A DNA stretch of 64,000 nt from Blastocatellia bacterium (GTDB taxonomy: Bacteria; Acidobacteriota; Blastocatellia; UBA7656). The notes beneath the pieces are model-generated. The model was not told the DNA's origin and did not search any database. It saw only the letters and a list, made by a program, of their open reading frames with translations. The stretch is from positions 1-64,000 of the forward strand of contig CAVXWP010000001.1 in the NCBI GenBank assembly GCA_963765495.1. Direction: 5' to 3'. A program made the position numbers and the translations under genes. Numbering within the stretch: position 1 is the stretch's first letter; each line of letters starts with the position of its first letter. Shown piece after piece: positions 49,525 to 60,880 of this stretch.

Positions 49525-51021
49525 ATGGTTGAGATAGACGGAGCCTCGCTTACACTTGAACAGATCGAAGCGGTGGCCGATGGCGCAGAGGTGTCGCTTG
49601 CCGGTCAGGCAGTCGAGCGAATAGCGCGCGCGCGGCGGTTTGTCGAAGAGATCATCAGGAGCGGACAGGTCATTTACGGCATAAACACGGGCTTTGGCGC
49701 GCTCGCGGATGTCATGATCGCGCCCGACCGATTGCGCGAACTTCAAATCAATCTGGTGCGGTCGCACTCGTGCGGAGTCGGCGAACCTCTTTCCGAAAGA
49801 GTGGTCAGGGCGATGATCGTCCAGCGCGCAAACGTGCTGGCAAAGGGGTATTCAGGCTGCCGCGCGTTCGTGATCGGAACCTTGATCCAGATGCTCAATC
49901 GAGGCGTGCATCCCGTAATTCCTTCGCGCGGATCGGTCGGGGCCTCGGGCGATCTGGCTCCACTTGCGCATCTGGCGCTGGTGGCCATAGGTGAAGGCGA
50001 GGCCGTCTATAAAGGCGAGCGCTTGCCGGGCGGCGAGGCGCTTGCTCGCGCAGGTATCCTGCCGCTCACCCTCGAAGCGAAAGAGGGGCTTGCCCTGCTC
50101 AACGGGACGCAGGCTATGACGGCCGTTGGCGGCCTCGCTTTGCTTGCGGCCGAACGCCTGGCAAACGCGGCCGATGTGACAGGCGCAATGACGCTTGAGG
50201 CGCTCAAAGGCACACCCGTCGCCTTTGATCATAAGATACAATCCGTACGGCCTCATCCCGGTCAGATGAAGAGCGCCAGACGGCTGCGCGAATTGATCGA
50301 AGAGAGCGAGATTCGAGAATCGCATCGTGATCACAGGGTTGACCCGCGCGTGCAGGATGCCTATGCATTGCGCTGCATGCCGCAGGTGCACGGGGCGGTG
50401 CGCGATGCGCTCGCGCACGCGCGGCGGATTTTAGAGATCGAGATAAACAGCGCGACCGACAATCCATTGATCTTTGCCGATGCGGGCGAGGTGCTTTCAG
50501 GCGGGAACTTTCACGGCGAGCCCGTCGCGCTTGCGCTCGATTACGCCGCCATAGCCGTAGCCGACCTCGGCACTATATCCGAGAGACGCGTAGAACGCCT
50601 CGTCAATCCTGACCTCTCGGGATTGCCCGCTTTTCTCACGCCCGACCCGGGGATGAATTCGGGGCTGATGATCGCGCAGGTAGTCGCTGCTTCGTTGATC
50701 GCAGAAAACAACGTGCTGGCCCACCCGGCATCGGTGGCCAATCTGCCGACCTCTGCCAACAAGGAAGACCACGTCAGCATGGGCATGACGAGCGCCTTGA
50801 AATTCGCTCAAGTGGTAGAAAATGTCGAAAGAATTCTGGCTATCGAATTGATGTGCGCGGCTCAGGGGCTGGAATTTCTAAAACCGCTTCGTCCGGCACC
50901 TCGTCTGAATAGTGTCTATTTGCGCGTGCGGCAACTCGTGCCGCCGCTTGAGCGCGACACGCCGCTTTCGCTTTACATTGAATCGCTTGTCTCGCTTGTG
51001 CGCGATCTCAATCAGGTGTGA
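49525..51021 (+). CDS. hutH: Histidine ammonia-lyase
   Basis: 'YGINTGFG', MIO motif 'GSVGASGDLAPLAH', 'VQDAYALRC', 'SGGNFHG', 'EDHVSMG'. Confidence 0.95.
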   Translation: MVEIDGASLTLEQIEAVADGAEVSLAGQAVERIARARRFVEEIIRSGQVIYGINTGFGALADVMIAPDRLRELQINLVRSHSCGVGEPLSERVVRAMIVQRANVLAKGYSGCRAFVIGTLIQMLNRGVHPVIPSRGSVGASGDLAPLAHLALVAIGEGEAVYKGERLPGGEALARAGILPLTLEAKEGLALLNGTQAMTAVGGLALLAAERLANAADVTGAMTLEALKGTPVAFDHKIQSVRPHPGQMKSARRLRELIEESEIRESHRDHRVDPRVQDAYALRCMPQVHGAVRDALAHARRILEIEINSATDNPLIFADAGEVLSGGNFHGEPVALALDYAAIAVADLGTISERRVERLVNPDLSGLPAFLTPDPGMNSGLMIAQVVAASLIAENNVLAHPASVANLPTSANKEDHVSMGMTSALKFAQVVENVERILAIELMCAAQGLEFLKPLRPAPRLNSVYLRVRQLVPPLERDTPLSLYIESLVSLVRDLNQV

Positions 51022-51035
51022 GCCCCGATCGCAGA

Positions 51036-51359
51036 TTACGCGGCAAAGACAATGACGGCGTGATAGACGCTGATGAAGGTGTAGATCACCACTGCCAGAC
51101 GGATGCCCATTCGCGCCGTGCGCAGGTGGGAAAAGTTATAACAGATGAGCAGGCAAAGGGCCGTAAGCGACATCTTTACCAGAAAAAAGACCACCGCGTT
51201 TGTCTGTATAAGCGAATCCATCAATGGATTGCCTTCGGCCGCAACGCCTCGCCCTATGTGTTGCATAGTGGCTACCGCATCATAGCCGGACATAACGATT
51301 GCAGCGACAACGTACATGAACATCTTCTTGTTTTGGAATATCTCTTCCGTTCTATACAT
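51036..51359 (-). CDS. DUF5658-like small membrane protein
   Basis: 'YDAVAT...AEGNPLMD...FFLVK'. Confidence 0.7.
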   Translation of the reverse strand: MYRTEEIFQNKKMFMYVVAAIVMSGYDAVATMQHIGRGVAAEGNPLMDSLIQTNAVVFFLVKMSLTALCLLICYNFSHLRTARMGIRLAVVIYTFISVYHAVIVFAA

Positions 51360-51553
51360 ATTAACCTCTTCTGCTCAATCCTTTAACGCGCGAGACCGGA
51401 ATGGGGATCCAATATCTCACGTGGTCCGAGTATATACTATCGCAATCAAAATGCCAAACAAATTTTTCTGTAAGTTATTGATTCATAACCTGTTTGGGGT
51501 ATATGGGAAGGTGTGGTAGAATCAATCATCCGAGATTTTAGATTTGAGGGAAT

Positions 51554-53215
51554 ATGAGCCAGCCAAGAAAAGTAAAAGCGCCTCGCGGGAGCCGGATCAG
51601 TTGCAAGGGGTGGCATCAGGAGGCCGCGCTCAGGATGCTTATGAACAACCTCGACCCTGATGTCGCCGAAAACCCCGACGATCTGATCGTCTATGGAGGA
51701 ACGGGCAGGGCCGCGCGCGACTGGCGTTCATTTGATGCCATAGTGCGCTCGCTTACAGAGCTTGAAAACGACGAGACCTTGCTCGTGCAATCGGGCAAAC
51801 CCGTAGGCATATTCCGCACACACGAATACGCGCCCCGCGTGCTGATAGCCAATGCCAATCTTGTCGGGCACTGGTCGAACTGGGATGAATTTCACAGGCT
51901 CGAACGGCTGGGGCTTACGATGTATGGTCAGATGACCGCCGGTTCTTGGATATATATCGGGAGTCAGGGAATCGTTCAGGGAACGTTTGAGACCTTTGCC
52001 GCAGCAGCTAATAAACATTTCGGCGGCTCGCTCGATGGCCGATTGATCGTATCGGGCGGAATGGGCGGAATGGGTGGCGCGCAACCGCTTGCCGCCACAC
52101 TAAACGGTGCTTGCTTTCTCGGCATAGACGTAGACCCGGCGCGCATAGAAAAAAGGATCAAGACCCGTTACTGCGACCGCATGGCCGCGAGCCTCGACGA
52201 GGCGCTCCAAATAATCACGGATGCTCGCGCAAAAGGTGAAGCCGTTTCGGTAGGGCTTGTCGGTAACTGCGCCGATGTTTTGCCCGAGCTTGCCAGGCGC
52301 GGCGTCGTGCCCGATATGCTAACCGATCAGACCAGCGCCCACGATGCGCTGAACGGATACGTTCCAAACGGGTTGAGTCTTGAGGAAGCCCTGTCGCTTA
52401 GACGCGATAACCCGGATGAGTATGTTCGACGTTCGATGGATACTATGGCCGCGCACATCCGCGCCATGCTTGAACTGAAACGGATGGGCGCGGTTACTTT
52501 CGATTACGGAAACAACATCCGCGCACAGGCAAAACAGGCGGGCGTAGAGGACGCCTTCGAGATACCGGGTTTTGTGCCCGAATACATAAGACCGCTTTTT
52601 TGCCAGGGCCGAGGCCCTTTCCGTTGGGCCGCTCTTTCCGGCAGCGCCGAGGATATACACAAAACAGACAGCCTCGCGCTCGAACTTTTCCCCGACGATC
52701 AGGTGCTTGCGCGCTGGCTGAAACTTGCGCGCGACCGCGTGCAGTTTCAGGGATTGCCTTCGCGAATTTGCTGGCTCGGCTACGGCGAGCGCGCCGAATT
52801 CGGAGAGGCGATGAATGATTTCGTCCGCACGGGCAAACTCGAAGCTCCGATAGTCATAGGCCGCGATCATCTCGATACTGGATCGGTCGCCTCGCCCTAC
52901 CGCGAGACCGAAGCCATGCTTGACGGCTCGGATGCCATAGCCGACTGGCCTTTGTTGAATGCCCTGCTCAACACAGCGTCGGGCGCGTCCTGGGTTTCGA
53001 TTCATAACGGCGGGGGTGTCGGGATAGGCTATTCGCTACACGCAGGTCAGGTCAGCGTAGCCGACGGGACCGAAGACGGTGCGCGCAGATTGAACCGCGT
53101 GCTGACAAACGACCCCGGCATAGGCATAGCCCGTCACGTAGATGCCGGGTACGAAGAAGCAAGGCAGACGGCCGAAGAAAAGGGCGTGAAAATTCCAGGA
53201 ATGAGTGAAGAGTGA
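51554..53215 (+). CDS. hutU: Urocanate hydratase
   Basis: '[17 protein letters not shown]', '[17 protein letters not shown]', 'TDQTSAHD', 'GRDHLD', 'GGGVGIG'. Confidence 0.97.
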   Translation: MSQPRKVKAPRGSRISCKGWHQEAALRMLMNNLDPDVAENPDDLIVYGGTGRAARDWRSFDAIVRSLTELENDETLLVQSGKPVGIFRTHEYAPRVLIANANLVGHWSNWDEFHRLERLGLTMYGQMTAGSWIYIGSQGIVQGTFETFAAAANKHFGGSLDGRLIVSGGMGGMGGAQPLAATLNGACFLGIDVDPARIEKRIKTRYCDRMAASLDEALQIITDARAKGEAVSVGLVGNCADVLPELARRGVVPDMLTDQTSAHDALNGYVPNGLSLEEALSLRRDNPDEYVRRSMDTMAAHIRAMLELKRMGAVTFDYGNNIRAQAKQAGVEDAFEIPGFVPEYIRPLFCQGRGPFRWAALSGSAEDIHKTDSLALELFPDDQVLARWLKLARDRVQFQGLPSRICWLGYGERAEFGEAMNDFVRTGKLEAPIVIGRDHLDTGSVASPYRETEAMLDGSDAIADWPLLNALLNTASGASWVSIHNGGGVGIGYSLHAGQVSVADGTEDGARRLNRVLTNDPGIGIARHVDAGYEEARQTAEEKGVKIPGMSEE

Positions 53216-53283
53216 TACGTGATGCGTGATGCGTTGTTTTGACTTGCTGCTATTTCCGGTCACGAATCACGTATCACGTATCA
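53212..53283. repeat. Heptamer inverted-repeat element between convergent genes
   Basis: gtgatacgtgatgcgtgatgcg ... tcacgaatcacgtatcacgtatca. Confidence 0.75.
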
Positions 53284-55161
53284 CTTTTTTACATAAGCGC
53301 GGATGAAGAAGGTCTTGTTGCCTATCTGCAAATCACTGTTCTGATCCGGGCCGATTACGGCAACCGCCTCGAAGTTTTCCTCTATCCATTGCATCAACCC
53401 CTGACAGTAGTCGTGCCCGAAAATCGTGTGCCCAAATTCGGGTGTCGGACGGTTCGTAATCAATACCAGCCGCGTGTCGGATTCGATCAGTTGTTTTATT
53501 GCGCGTTTCTCTCCCTCAGCGTCGAGAAAGCCAGGCGTCGTGATCTCTTCCCTGAGCGGATTTGGACGGTCGGTGAAGAAATTGAGCGATGTGCCTTCGG
53601 GCATGACAGCTACAGGCTCGCCTGGTCGGGTCCGTTCATTGATAAAAGCGATTGCCTTATCGAAAGCTTCTCCTATATCCGGGACCGCCATCATAGTGCC
53701 TCGCGGTGTGACAAGCCTGTAGGTGTTGTTCTTGCGGAAACGGTGCGTGAGCAGCACCGAGGTCGCCGCCACGTCGAGCAATATCAATCCGATTGCAATG
53801 GCTTGCGCCACTCGCCGCGCCCGATGGTTGCGAAATAGATCGGCAAACGGATGTATCCACCAGTAGGTAAACAGCACTACCGATGCGGGTATGAGATAAG
53901 AGCTGTAAGCCCCCCCGCTGCGAACCCGAAACATGACGCGAGCAAGACTCGCCAGCGAAAATACGACAGTCACCACCAAAACGAGCGATTGCTCATAATT
54001 CATTCTGCTTTCGGGTGGCTTATTCCTGGAGTTGATCAGCGCCCAGATCAACAGGAATATCAGCAGCAAAGGCATCGCCAGATAAGGCCCCTTCTCCCAG
54101 TGCAGAAATGTGGCCGTCAAAAGGGCAAGCGAAAGCAATAGCCCGAGCCCCATCATCATCCAGAGCGGTGAAAGTCCGGCCCGGCCCGCGTCGCTTATCA
54201 TTGCATTGGTATCGATTCGAGCTTTGCTTGACGATCTTCTAAAGATCGCAAACATCAAACTGACTGACGCAATGGTGACCGCCATAACCACGATCCTGAG
54301 CAATGCGTCCATCATCAACACAAGCGACTCCGCGGGCTGGTCGAAGCCGGACATTCGCAGATTGAAATAGACCAGTTCTTCCGGCAGATTCCGAAAAAAT
54401 AGAAAGCTCTCATTTGAAAGCGTATGCCAGCTTACTCTTGATGCGATGTACCCATAGACGCCTATAACAATCGTTATAGCGGGCGCGGCAAACAAAAAGA
54501 TCAACCCGGCGCGGCGACGCGGGCCGCTGCGACCTGCAAGCGCCGCCCCGAGAGCGCCCGCGATAAGGGCCGCTACCCCCATCTCCGTCTTTGCCAGTGT
54601 TGTAAGGCCCGCCATAACCCCCGCGGCAAGCAGAAAATATTTGTCCGTCTTCCGTTGTCCGTTTTCCGTAGTTTGCCGTCCGGCCTCTTCAATATACTTG
54701 ATCGTCAGAGCCAGCGTGGCCAGCCCCAGCGCGCAGGCATGCAGGGCGGAATAAGAATAAGGCAAAACGTAATTACCTGCCTGCTTGAATGCACAGAGCC
54801 AGAGGACGCTCAAGGTGGCGGCGGTCGCGCCGAGAGGGTTCATCAATTGTCGTGAGAGCCAGTATATGAGAGCCAGTATTATGATTGCCGTGATGATGCC
54901 ATCGCCATAAAGCACATTGAGCGAGGGGCCGAACAGATCATAGAGCGCCGCGTTCAGGTAAGGTGAGAGCGGCCCGTAAATGTGTCGCACGTCTGAATAA
55001 AGCATCTCGCCGCGAACCAGCCTTAACGGCTGATTCATCTCGCGTCCGCAGTCTACGAGCGGGTTGCCCCACCGCTCCCATGAGAGGGCGAGCCCAACAG
55101 TGAATGAGACGAAGATGAGGGCGACCCAGGGCAGGTCGCGTCCGCTAATTCGTTTGGTCAC
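53281..55161 (-). CDS. GT-C-fold (ArnT/GT39-like) membrane glycosyltransferase
   Basis: Many TM helices; 'LVDCGRE...GEMLYSDV..IYGPLSPY'; 'LAKTE'; C-terminal 'PGEPVAVMPE...FFTDRPNP'. Confidence 0.75.
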   Translation of the reverse strand: MTKRISGRDLPWVALIFVSFTVGLALSWERWGNPLVDCGREMNQPLRLVRGEMLYSDVRHIYGPLSPYLNAALYDLFGPSLNVLYGDGIITAIIILALIYWLSRQLMNPLGATAATLSVLWLCAFKQAGNYVLPYSYSALHACALGLATLALTIKYIEEAGRQTTENGQRKTDKYFLLAAGVMAGLTTLAKTEMGVAALIAGALGAALAGRSGPRRRAGLIFLFAAPAITIVIGVYGYIASRVSWHTLSNESFLFFRNLPEELVYFNLRMSGFDQPAESLVLMMDALLRIVVMAVTIASVSLMFAIFRRSSSKARIDTNAMISDAGRAGLSPLWMMMGLGLLLSLALLTATFLHWEKGPYLAMPLLLIFLLIWALINSRNKPPESRMNYEQSLVLVVTVVFSLASLARVMFRVRSGGAYSSYLIPASVVLFTYWWIHPFADLFRNHRARRVAQAIAIGLILLDVAATSVLLTHRFRKNNTYRLVTPRGTMMAVPDIGEAFDKAIAFINERTRPGEPVAVMPEGTSLNFFTDRPNPLREEITTPGFLDAEGEKRAIKQLIESDTRLVLITNRPTPEFGHTIFGHDYCQGLMQWIEENFEAVAVIGPDQNSDLQIGNKTFFIRAYVKK

Positions 55162-55226
55162 GATTTAGCGCGATTATAGGCGATCATGTCGGTCAATGAC
55201 AAATATTATTAATCTGACCAGTCAAT

Positions 55227-55760
55227 TCATTCGCCTTGTCGTCTCTCTTTATGTGAGGAGGGGTCGAGTAATTCCGTAGTGTTTTCGGTGACGCTCAAAA
55301 CAGGGGGAGAGAGAGACTCGGGCCGCATATCAACGCCCCTTTGAGCAGGCGGCAACTCCGTTTGTCGAGGCTGCGGAAGCGGGGCCGGGGTTTTGAGCCC
55401 CGGAGCATTTGGCAGGAACCGCGAATAGATCATCATGCCGATGCCTACGAGCACGATCAGACCACCCAGACCCGCAAGCGATGCGATAAACTCTCCGGCC
55501 TGGGAGGCCAGAGTCGAAATCGCGCCGCCCAGTATCCCAAGCAGCGCCGCCAGCAGAATGCCTAACCAGAATACGCCAAACCCCCATCGCATCATTTTGC
55601 GTCGCTCGCTTTGAGCGGGCGCAGATTCCATAGCCGTATCCGTGGGCAGTGTCTGAAGCTGGCCCGTGAGCGCCTGGGAAATTATCTCAAGGCTCATGCC
55701 GCAGGACCTGCAAAACTTTCGACTCTCTGATGTTTCGGTTCCACAATTCGGACAATACAT
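55227..55760 (-). CDS. Zinc-ribbon + two-TM protein
   Basis: 'MYCPNCGTE...KFCRSCG'; two TM helices; C-terminal 'SVTENTTELL'. Confidence 0.8.
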   Translation of the reverse strand: MYCPNCGTETSESRKFCRSCGMSLEIISQALTGQLQTLPTDTAMESAPAQSERRKMMRWGFGVFWLGILLAALLGILGGAISTLASQAGEFIASLAGLGGLIVLVGIGMMIYSRFLPNAPGLKTPAPLPQPRQTELPPAQRGVDMRPESLSPPVLSVTENTTELLDPSSHKERRQGE

Positions 55761-55861
55761 GATTTTCCTCGTTTGCAGTTTGCCTGCTTGCGCGCTGCGT
55801 CTGCCCGGAGTCTTAAACATCCGGCGCTCAGATTTTTCTCGATCCCGTTACAGATATTCTA

Positions 55862-56365
55862 TTACAGATATTCGGGCTTGATCAGTTTATCGCGCCGGAA
55901 ACCGTGAGCCAGCCTGTATGATACCAAATAAAAGAGAGGCGAGCGAAACTCGTGATGATGCCTGATGAGATCGAGCGAAAGGTGCAAAATATAGCCCACG
56001 GCTACACCCACAAGAAACGGCGAGTGAATAAAGACGGCAAGTATTGATGTCAGTATCAGCAATTCATATGAGTGAAAAATGAGCGGCAACCGCACGAGTT
56101 TTCGGCGGCGAACATAGCGCGCCATCAATCCCCGCGCGCTTTCGGGGCCAGAGTTTAGACTCTCCCCTTTGGCGGCCTCCAGATAAGGTGCACCGTGCGA
56201 GATAGACCACATCTGATCGAAGATGTGATCTGCGTCTATCAAAAAACCGCCCGCCATTGCGCCCGCAAGCGCCGAGGGCGAACCTGTTGCCCAGTAAAGA
56301 GCGCCGCCTGTCACAAGTGACGACCAGAAATGATGCTTCGTCTTCATTTCATAAACACTATACAA
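55862..56365 (-). CDS. Membrane-bound metal-dependent hydrolase-like protein
   Basis: 'KHH...LIDADH...IFHS...LHLSLD' pattern; true start possibly MKTKHH. Confidence 0.6.
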   Translation of the reverse strand: MYSVYEMKTKHHFWSSLVTGGALYWATGSPSALAGAMAGGFLIDADHIFDQMWSISHGAPYLEAAKGESLNSGPESARGLMARYVRRRKLVRLPLIFHSYELLILTSILAVFIHSPFLVGVAVGYILHLSLDLIRHHHEFRSPLFYLVSYRLAHGFRRDKLIKPEYL

Positions 56366-56669
56366 CCTTATACATTTGGCTCGCTACGTGCCCCGGCTCG
56401 CTTTTATGCTCTGAGTGGGAACATCCGCAAGAGAGAGAAATTTGAATAGGGATTTTCGGGGCAACTCGATTACAAGACCAGTGTGGAGTTTTAGGCCAGG
56501 CTTCCGAGACCCTCTCTTATTTTGTCACCTCCTTTACACGCCCTTGACATTGCCGGTTTTTGCATTCAAGCTCAATTCCGGCAATCCAGGCCATGTTTTT
56601 TATCTTACAATGAACGATTGTATACTAACTCGGCGTAAACATCTTCGGTCGTTGCCCGTGGCACAGTAG

Positions 56670-59282
56670 TTGATCTATAAAAGACGATCCTGGGCAGGTG
56701 GTGCAGGAATATGTCGTTCCTGCTGTCTTAAACGTCGCTTTAAATCGGGGCAGAAAAGGTTGGACACAACGCTCACAACAGAAAAGAGACAACTGGCCAC
56801 GCTATACATGTGGCTCATCGTAGCGATTGGCGCAATGCTCTATCCGCTACTGATCATAAGGCTCGATGCGTCTCGTCTCGGTCTGCCCTTTTTTCTCCTC
56901 TCTCTTGTGACGATAGGGGTCGGTTCGCGCATCTGCATAAAGATACCCCGTTTTCAATGTAACGTCTCGATCTCAGACGTCTTCGTCTTTCTGGCGATGT
57001 TTCTCTTCGGCAAAGAACCGGCCGTCTTGCTGGGGGTGGTCGAATCCTCTGCTTCATCGCTTAGAATCACAAAGAACCCTCTTACGCTTGCTTTCAATTC
57101 GGCGGCGATGCTCTGTTCAACCTTTGTGACCGCCGAAGCCCTGAGCTTCTGGTTTGGCCCCTTAACAGAACTGGCTGGCGATGGTCATGTTACACGGCTG
57201 GTGATTGCCTCGGGCACGATGGCAATCCTGCAGTTTGCGACAAACACCGGCATCATTGCCGTAGCCGGCGCTCTCAGGGCCGATAAACCGATCTGGCAAA
57301 CCTGGAATAAGTACTACCGATGGTCATCTGTCAGCTATATAGCCGCGGCGACAGCCGCCGCTATAATCGCCCGGCTGCTGGCGCATATGGGTGTGTCGGC
57401 CTTGATCGCCTTCGTGCCCGTGGTAGCAATTGTATATTTTACCTATCTGACATACGTCAAGAACATCGAAGCCTCCATGTTGCAGGCCGAGCAGGCCAAA
57501 CGCCATCTGGCAGAGTTGCGGGAAAGCGAAGAGCGATTTCATAACGCTTTCGACAACGCTCCAATAGGGATGGCCCTCGTGGGGCTCGACGGCCAGTGGC
57601 TGCAAGTCAATCGCTCGTTGTGCGAGATCGTCGGCTACCAGGAGGCGGAACTGCTGGAGATGACTTTTCACAAGATCACTCATCTGGATGATCTTCATTC
57701 TTTCCTGAATCATTTCCACAAGGTATTAAAGGGTGAATCGGCCATCTGTCAGGCCGAGAAACGTTACCTGCACAAACTCGGTCACGAAGTATGGGTGCTG
57801 GTCAGTGTTTCGCCTCTTCACGATTCGCAAAAAGAGGCTCCTCATTTTATCTTTCAAATCCTGGACATAACCGGCCGCCGTCTTGCCGAGCAGCGTCTGC
57901 GTCAGGAAGCGCTCAACGATGCTCTTACGGGTCTGCCGAATCGGACCTGGTTCATGAATCAATTGAAAGAAGCCTTCGACAACTTGAAGCGGAACAGCGA
58001 AGAGCTTTTTGCGGTCCTGTTTCTGGACCTCGACCGCTTCAAGATCATAAACGATAGCATAGGCCATATCGTGGGCGATCAGCTTCTCATAGGCATTGCC
58101 GACCGGCTCCGTTATTGTGTGCGCAACCCGGATGCGGTTGCCCGCCTGGGAGGGGATGAATTCACCATATTGCTCAAAGGGATTAACAGCCCCGAAGATG
58201 TAATCAGAGTAGCCGAAAGGGTACAGGCGGAACTGGCCCGGCCCTTCAATCTCGGCGGATATGAAACATTTACTACCGTGAGCATCGGCATAGCGTTTCC
58301 CGGCTCCCACCATGAAAAGCCGGATGACCTTTTGCGAGATGCCGATACGGCCATGTATCAGGCGAAATCGCTCGGCAAGGCTCGTCATGTGACGTTCAAC
58401 GAACATATGCACACAAGCGCCATGAATCTGATGAAGCTGGAGTCTGATCTGCGCAAGGCAATCGAGAGAAAGGAATTCCTGCTCCACTATCAGCCGATCA
58501 TATCACTTGAGTCTGCGAGGCTAACGGGCTTTGAAGCGCTCTTGCGCTGGTTCCACCCCGAACGGGGTCTGATCCACCCATCCGAATTCATACCCGTGGC
58601 CGAAGAGACGGGCTTGATCGTGCCAATAGGTCAATGGGTGCTTGAGGAGGCCTGTAGTCAGATGAAACGTTGGCACGAACAATTTCCTCAGAGCGATTCC
58701 CTCTCGATAAGCGTGAATCTTTCGAGCAAGCAATTCGCTCAGCCGGAACTGATCGAGCATATTATTCAAGCTCTGGCTACGAGCCGGCTCGATCCGCACA
58801 GCCTGAAGCTGGAAATCACCGAAAGCGTCGTTATGGAAAACACACAGGCCGCAAACGCCATGCTTGAGCGGCTCCGAGGGCTTGGAGTCGAATTGAGCAT
58901 AGATGATTTCGGGACCGGCTATTCCTCGCTCAGCTACCTCCACCGCCTGCCGATAGATACTTTGAAAATAGATCGCTCTTTTGTCGGGCGAATAACCGAG
59001 AACAACGAGAACAAAGAGATAGTCCGTACGATCATCCATCTGGCCCAGGGGCTGGGAATGAGCGTGATCGCAGAAGGCGTAGAGACAAAAGCACAACTGG
59101 AAAGTCTGCGGGAACTTCATTGCGAAAGCGGACAGGGGTATCTTTTCTCAAGGCCTGTCGACGCGAAAGTGGCTGGCAGCCAGATACAAAAGCTGGCCGA
59201 CGGGCAGGCGGGCGGCGGCTATCTTGAAGACCTCAGCCAGATGGATGAATTCGAGCAACTGGCCAGCACCTACCGAATGTGA
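56670..59282 (+). CDS. Membrane sensor PAS-GGDEF-EAL diguanylate cyclase/phosphodiesterase (start likely near 56760)
   Basis: Multiple TM helices; PAS 'FDNAPIGMAL'; 'ARLGGDEF'; 'GFEALLRW', 'IDDFGTGYSSL', 'AEGVE'. Confidence 0.92.
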   Translation: MIYKRRSWAGGAGICRSCCLKRRFKSGQKRLDTTLTTEKRQLATLYMWLIVAIGAMLYPLLIIRLDASRLGLPFFLLSLVTIGVGSRICIKIPRFQCNVSISDVFVFLAMFLFGKEPAVLLGVVESSASSLRITKNPLTLAFNSAAMLCSTFVTAEALSFWFGPLTELAGDGHVTRLVIASGTMAILQFATNTGIIAVAGALRADKPIWQTWNKYYRWSSVSYIAAATAAAIIARLLAHMGVSALIAFVPVVAIVYFTYLTYVKNIEASMLQAEQAKRHLAELRESEERFHNAFDNAPIGMALVGLDGQWLQVNRSLCEIVGYQEAELLEMTFHKITHLDDLHSFLNHFHKVLKGESAICQAEKRYLHKLGHEVWVLVSVSPLHDSQKEAPHFIFQILDITGRRLAEQRLRQEALNDALTGLPNRTWFMNQLKEAFDNLKRNSEELFAVLFLDLDRFKIINDSIGHIVGDQLLIGIADRLRYCVRNPDAVARLGGDEFTILLKGINSPEDVIRVAERVQAELARPFNLGGYETFTTVSIGIAFPGSHHEKPDDLLRDADTAMYQAKSLGKARHVTFNEHMHTSAMNLMKLESDLRKAIERKEFLLHYQPIISLESARLTGFEALLRWFHPERGLIHPSEFIPVAEETGLIVPIGQWVLEEACSQMKRWHEQFPQSDSLSISVNLSSKQFAQPELIEHIIQALATSRLDPHSLKLEITESVVMENTQAANAMLERLRGLGVELSIDDFGTGYSSLSYLHRLPIDTLKIDRSFVGRITENNENKEIVRTIIHLAQGLGMSVIAEGVETKAQLESLRELHCESGQGYLFSRPVDAKVAGSQIQKLADGQAGGGYLEDLSQMDEFEQLASTYRM

Positions 59283-59329
59283 CTGATTCCATTCACTCGT
59301 TCGCTTACCCAATCATAGCCCCAATTGTT

Positions 59330-59433
59330 ATGATAGATGATGCGTGACGCGTGATGCGTGATTTTCAGCCAGAGGGCTATTTACAGAGCTACCCTGACTC
59401 TTGCCGATCACGCATCACGCATTACGCATCATC
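59330..59433. repeat. Heptamer inverted-repeat element upstream of hemL
   Basis: gatgatgcgtgacgcgtgatgcgtgat ... atcacgcatcacgcattacgcatcatc. Confidence 0.75.
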
Positions 59434-59468
59434 CGTCACCAACTTTTATCCGTGAGAGGCAATCATTT

Positions 59469-60773
59469 ATGGCCAGGATTGACAGCAGCAAATCAGCAGA
59501 ACTCTTTGAACGCGCCGAGCGAGTTATACCGGGCGGAGTCAACAGTCCCGTTCGCGCCTTTCGAGCCGTGGGCCGCTCGCCCCTGTTTATAGATCAGGCC
59601 GCAGGCTCGAACATAGCCGACGCAGACGGGAATACCTATACCGATTACGTAGGCTCGTGGGGGCCTATGATTTTGGGCCACGCCCACCCATCCGTTATCT
59701 CGGCCATACGCGAGGCGGCCGGGCGAGGGACCAGCTACGGCGCTCCGACCGAAATCGAGATAGAGCTTGCCGAAGAGATCATCGCCGCCTTTCCTTCCAT
59801 AGAAAAAGTGAGACTGACAAGCTCAGGAACCGAAGCCACCATGAGCGCGCTCAGACTTGCGCGCGGGTTTACAGGGCGCGACCGGGTCATAAAATTCGAA
59901 GGCTGCTATCACGGCCACACAGACAGTCTGCTGGTAAAAGCCGGGTCGGGTCTGGCCACTTTCGGCTCGCCCGACAGCGCGGGCGTCCCTTCGGATTTCG
60001 CCCGCAATACGATAGTGCTTCCATACAACGATGAAGAATCGCTTCGCGAGGCTTTCAAAGCGCAGGGGAGCGAAATCGCCTGTGTGATCATCGAACCCGT
60101 GGCGGGCAATATGGGATGCGTGCCGCCGCGACCCGGGTTTCTCGAAGCCGTCCGCGAAGTGACCGCTCATTACGGCGCGTTGCTGATCTTTGATGAGGTT
60201 ATAACCGGGTTTCGCGTGGCTTATGGAGGCGCGCAGGAACTATACGGCGTAAGAGCCGACCTGACCTGCCTGGGCAAGATAATCGGCGGCGGATTGCCTA
60301 TGGGCGCATTCGGCGGGCGGCGCGATATTATGGAACGGCTTGCTCCGCTCGGCCCGGTCTATCAGGCGGGCACGCTATCGGGCAACCCGCTCGCGGTGAC
60401 TGCCGGGTTGACTACGCTTAAGCTTATTAAAAAGATCAGCCCTTATGAAGAACTCGAACGTCGCGGTCGCATGCTTGAAGAGGGGTTGCGCGAGGCAGCC
60501 CGCGAGGCAAGCGTAGTTTCAACGATCAATCGGGTAGGCTCGATGCTCACAACTTTTTTTACCGAGGGGCCTGTCACCGACTGGACTGCCGCAAAGGCGT
60601 CTGACACTGATATGTACGCGCAATATTTCCGGGCCATGCTTGAAGAGGGAATATATCTTGCGCCCTCACAGTTTGAATGCGCCTTTGTGAGTATGGCGCA
60701 TATTGACGAAGTCATCACGGGTACGATTGAGGCGTCGCGCCGGGCAATGCGCGAATTGAAAGGACAGAAGTAA
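59469..60773 (+). CDS. hemL: Glutamate-1-semialdehyde 2,1-aminomutase
   Basis: '[12 protein letters not shown]', 'DYVGSWGP', 'FEGCYHGH', 'FDEVITGFR', 'LGKIIGGG', '[10 protein letters not shown]'. Confidence 0.97.
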   Translation: MARIDSSKSAELFERAERVIPGGVNSPVRAFRAVGRSPLFIDQAAGSNIADADGNTYTDYVGSWGPMILGHAHPSVISAIREAAGRGTSYGAPTEIEIELAEEIIAAFPSIEKVRLTSSGTEATMSALRLARGFTGRDRVIKFEGCYHGHTDSLLVKAGSGLATFGSPDSAGVPSDFARNTIVLPYNDEESLREAFKAQGSEIACVIIEPVAGNMGCVPPRPGFLEAVREVTAHYGALLIFDEVITGFRVAYGGAQELYGVRADLTCLGKIIGGGLPMGAFGGRRDIMERLAPLGPVYQAGTLSGNPLAVTAGLTTLKLIKKISPYEELERRGRMLEEGLREAAREASVVSTINRVGSMLTTFFTEGPVTDWTAAKASDTDMYAQYFRAMLEEGIYLAPSQFECAFVSMAHIDEVITGTIEASRRAMRELKGQK

Positions 60774-60798
60774 GCCGAAGACTTTAGAAAATGAAGAA

Positions 60799-60849
60799 CG
60801 CGGGTCGAATGGATTCACGCTGATTTCGTGTTGATCCGCTCGACCCGCG
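60799..60849. terminator. Hairpin between convergent hemL and haloperoxidase genes
   Basis: cgcgggtcga ... tcgacccgcg inverted repeat. Confidence 0.6.
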
Positions 60850-60880
60850 CTTGTTTCAGGCGAGTGCCTTTCAGGGTCTC

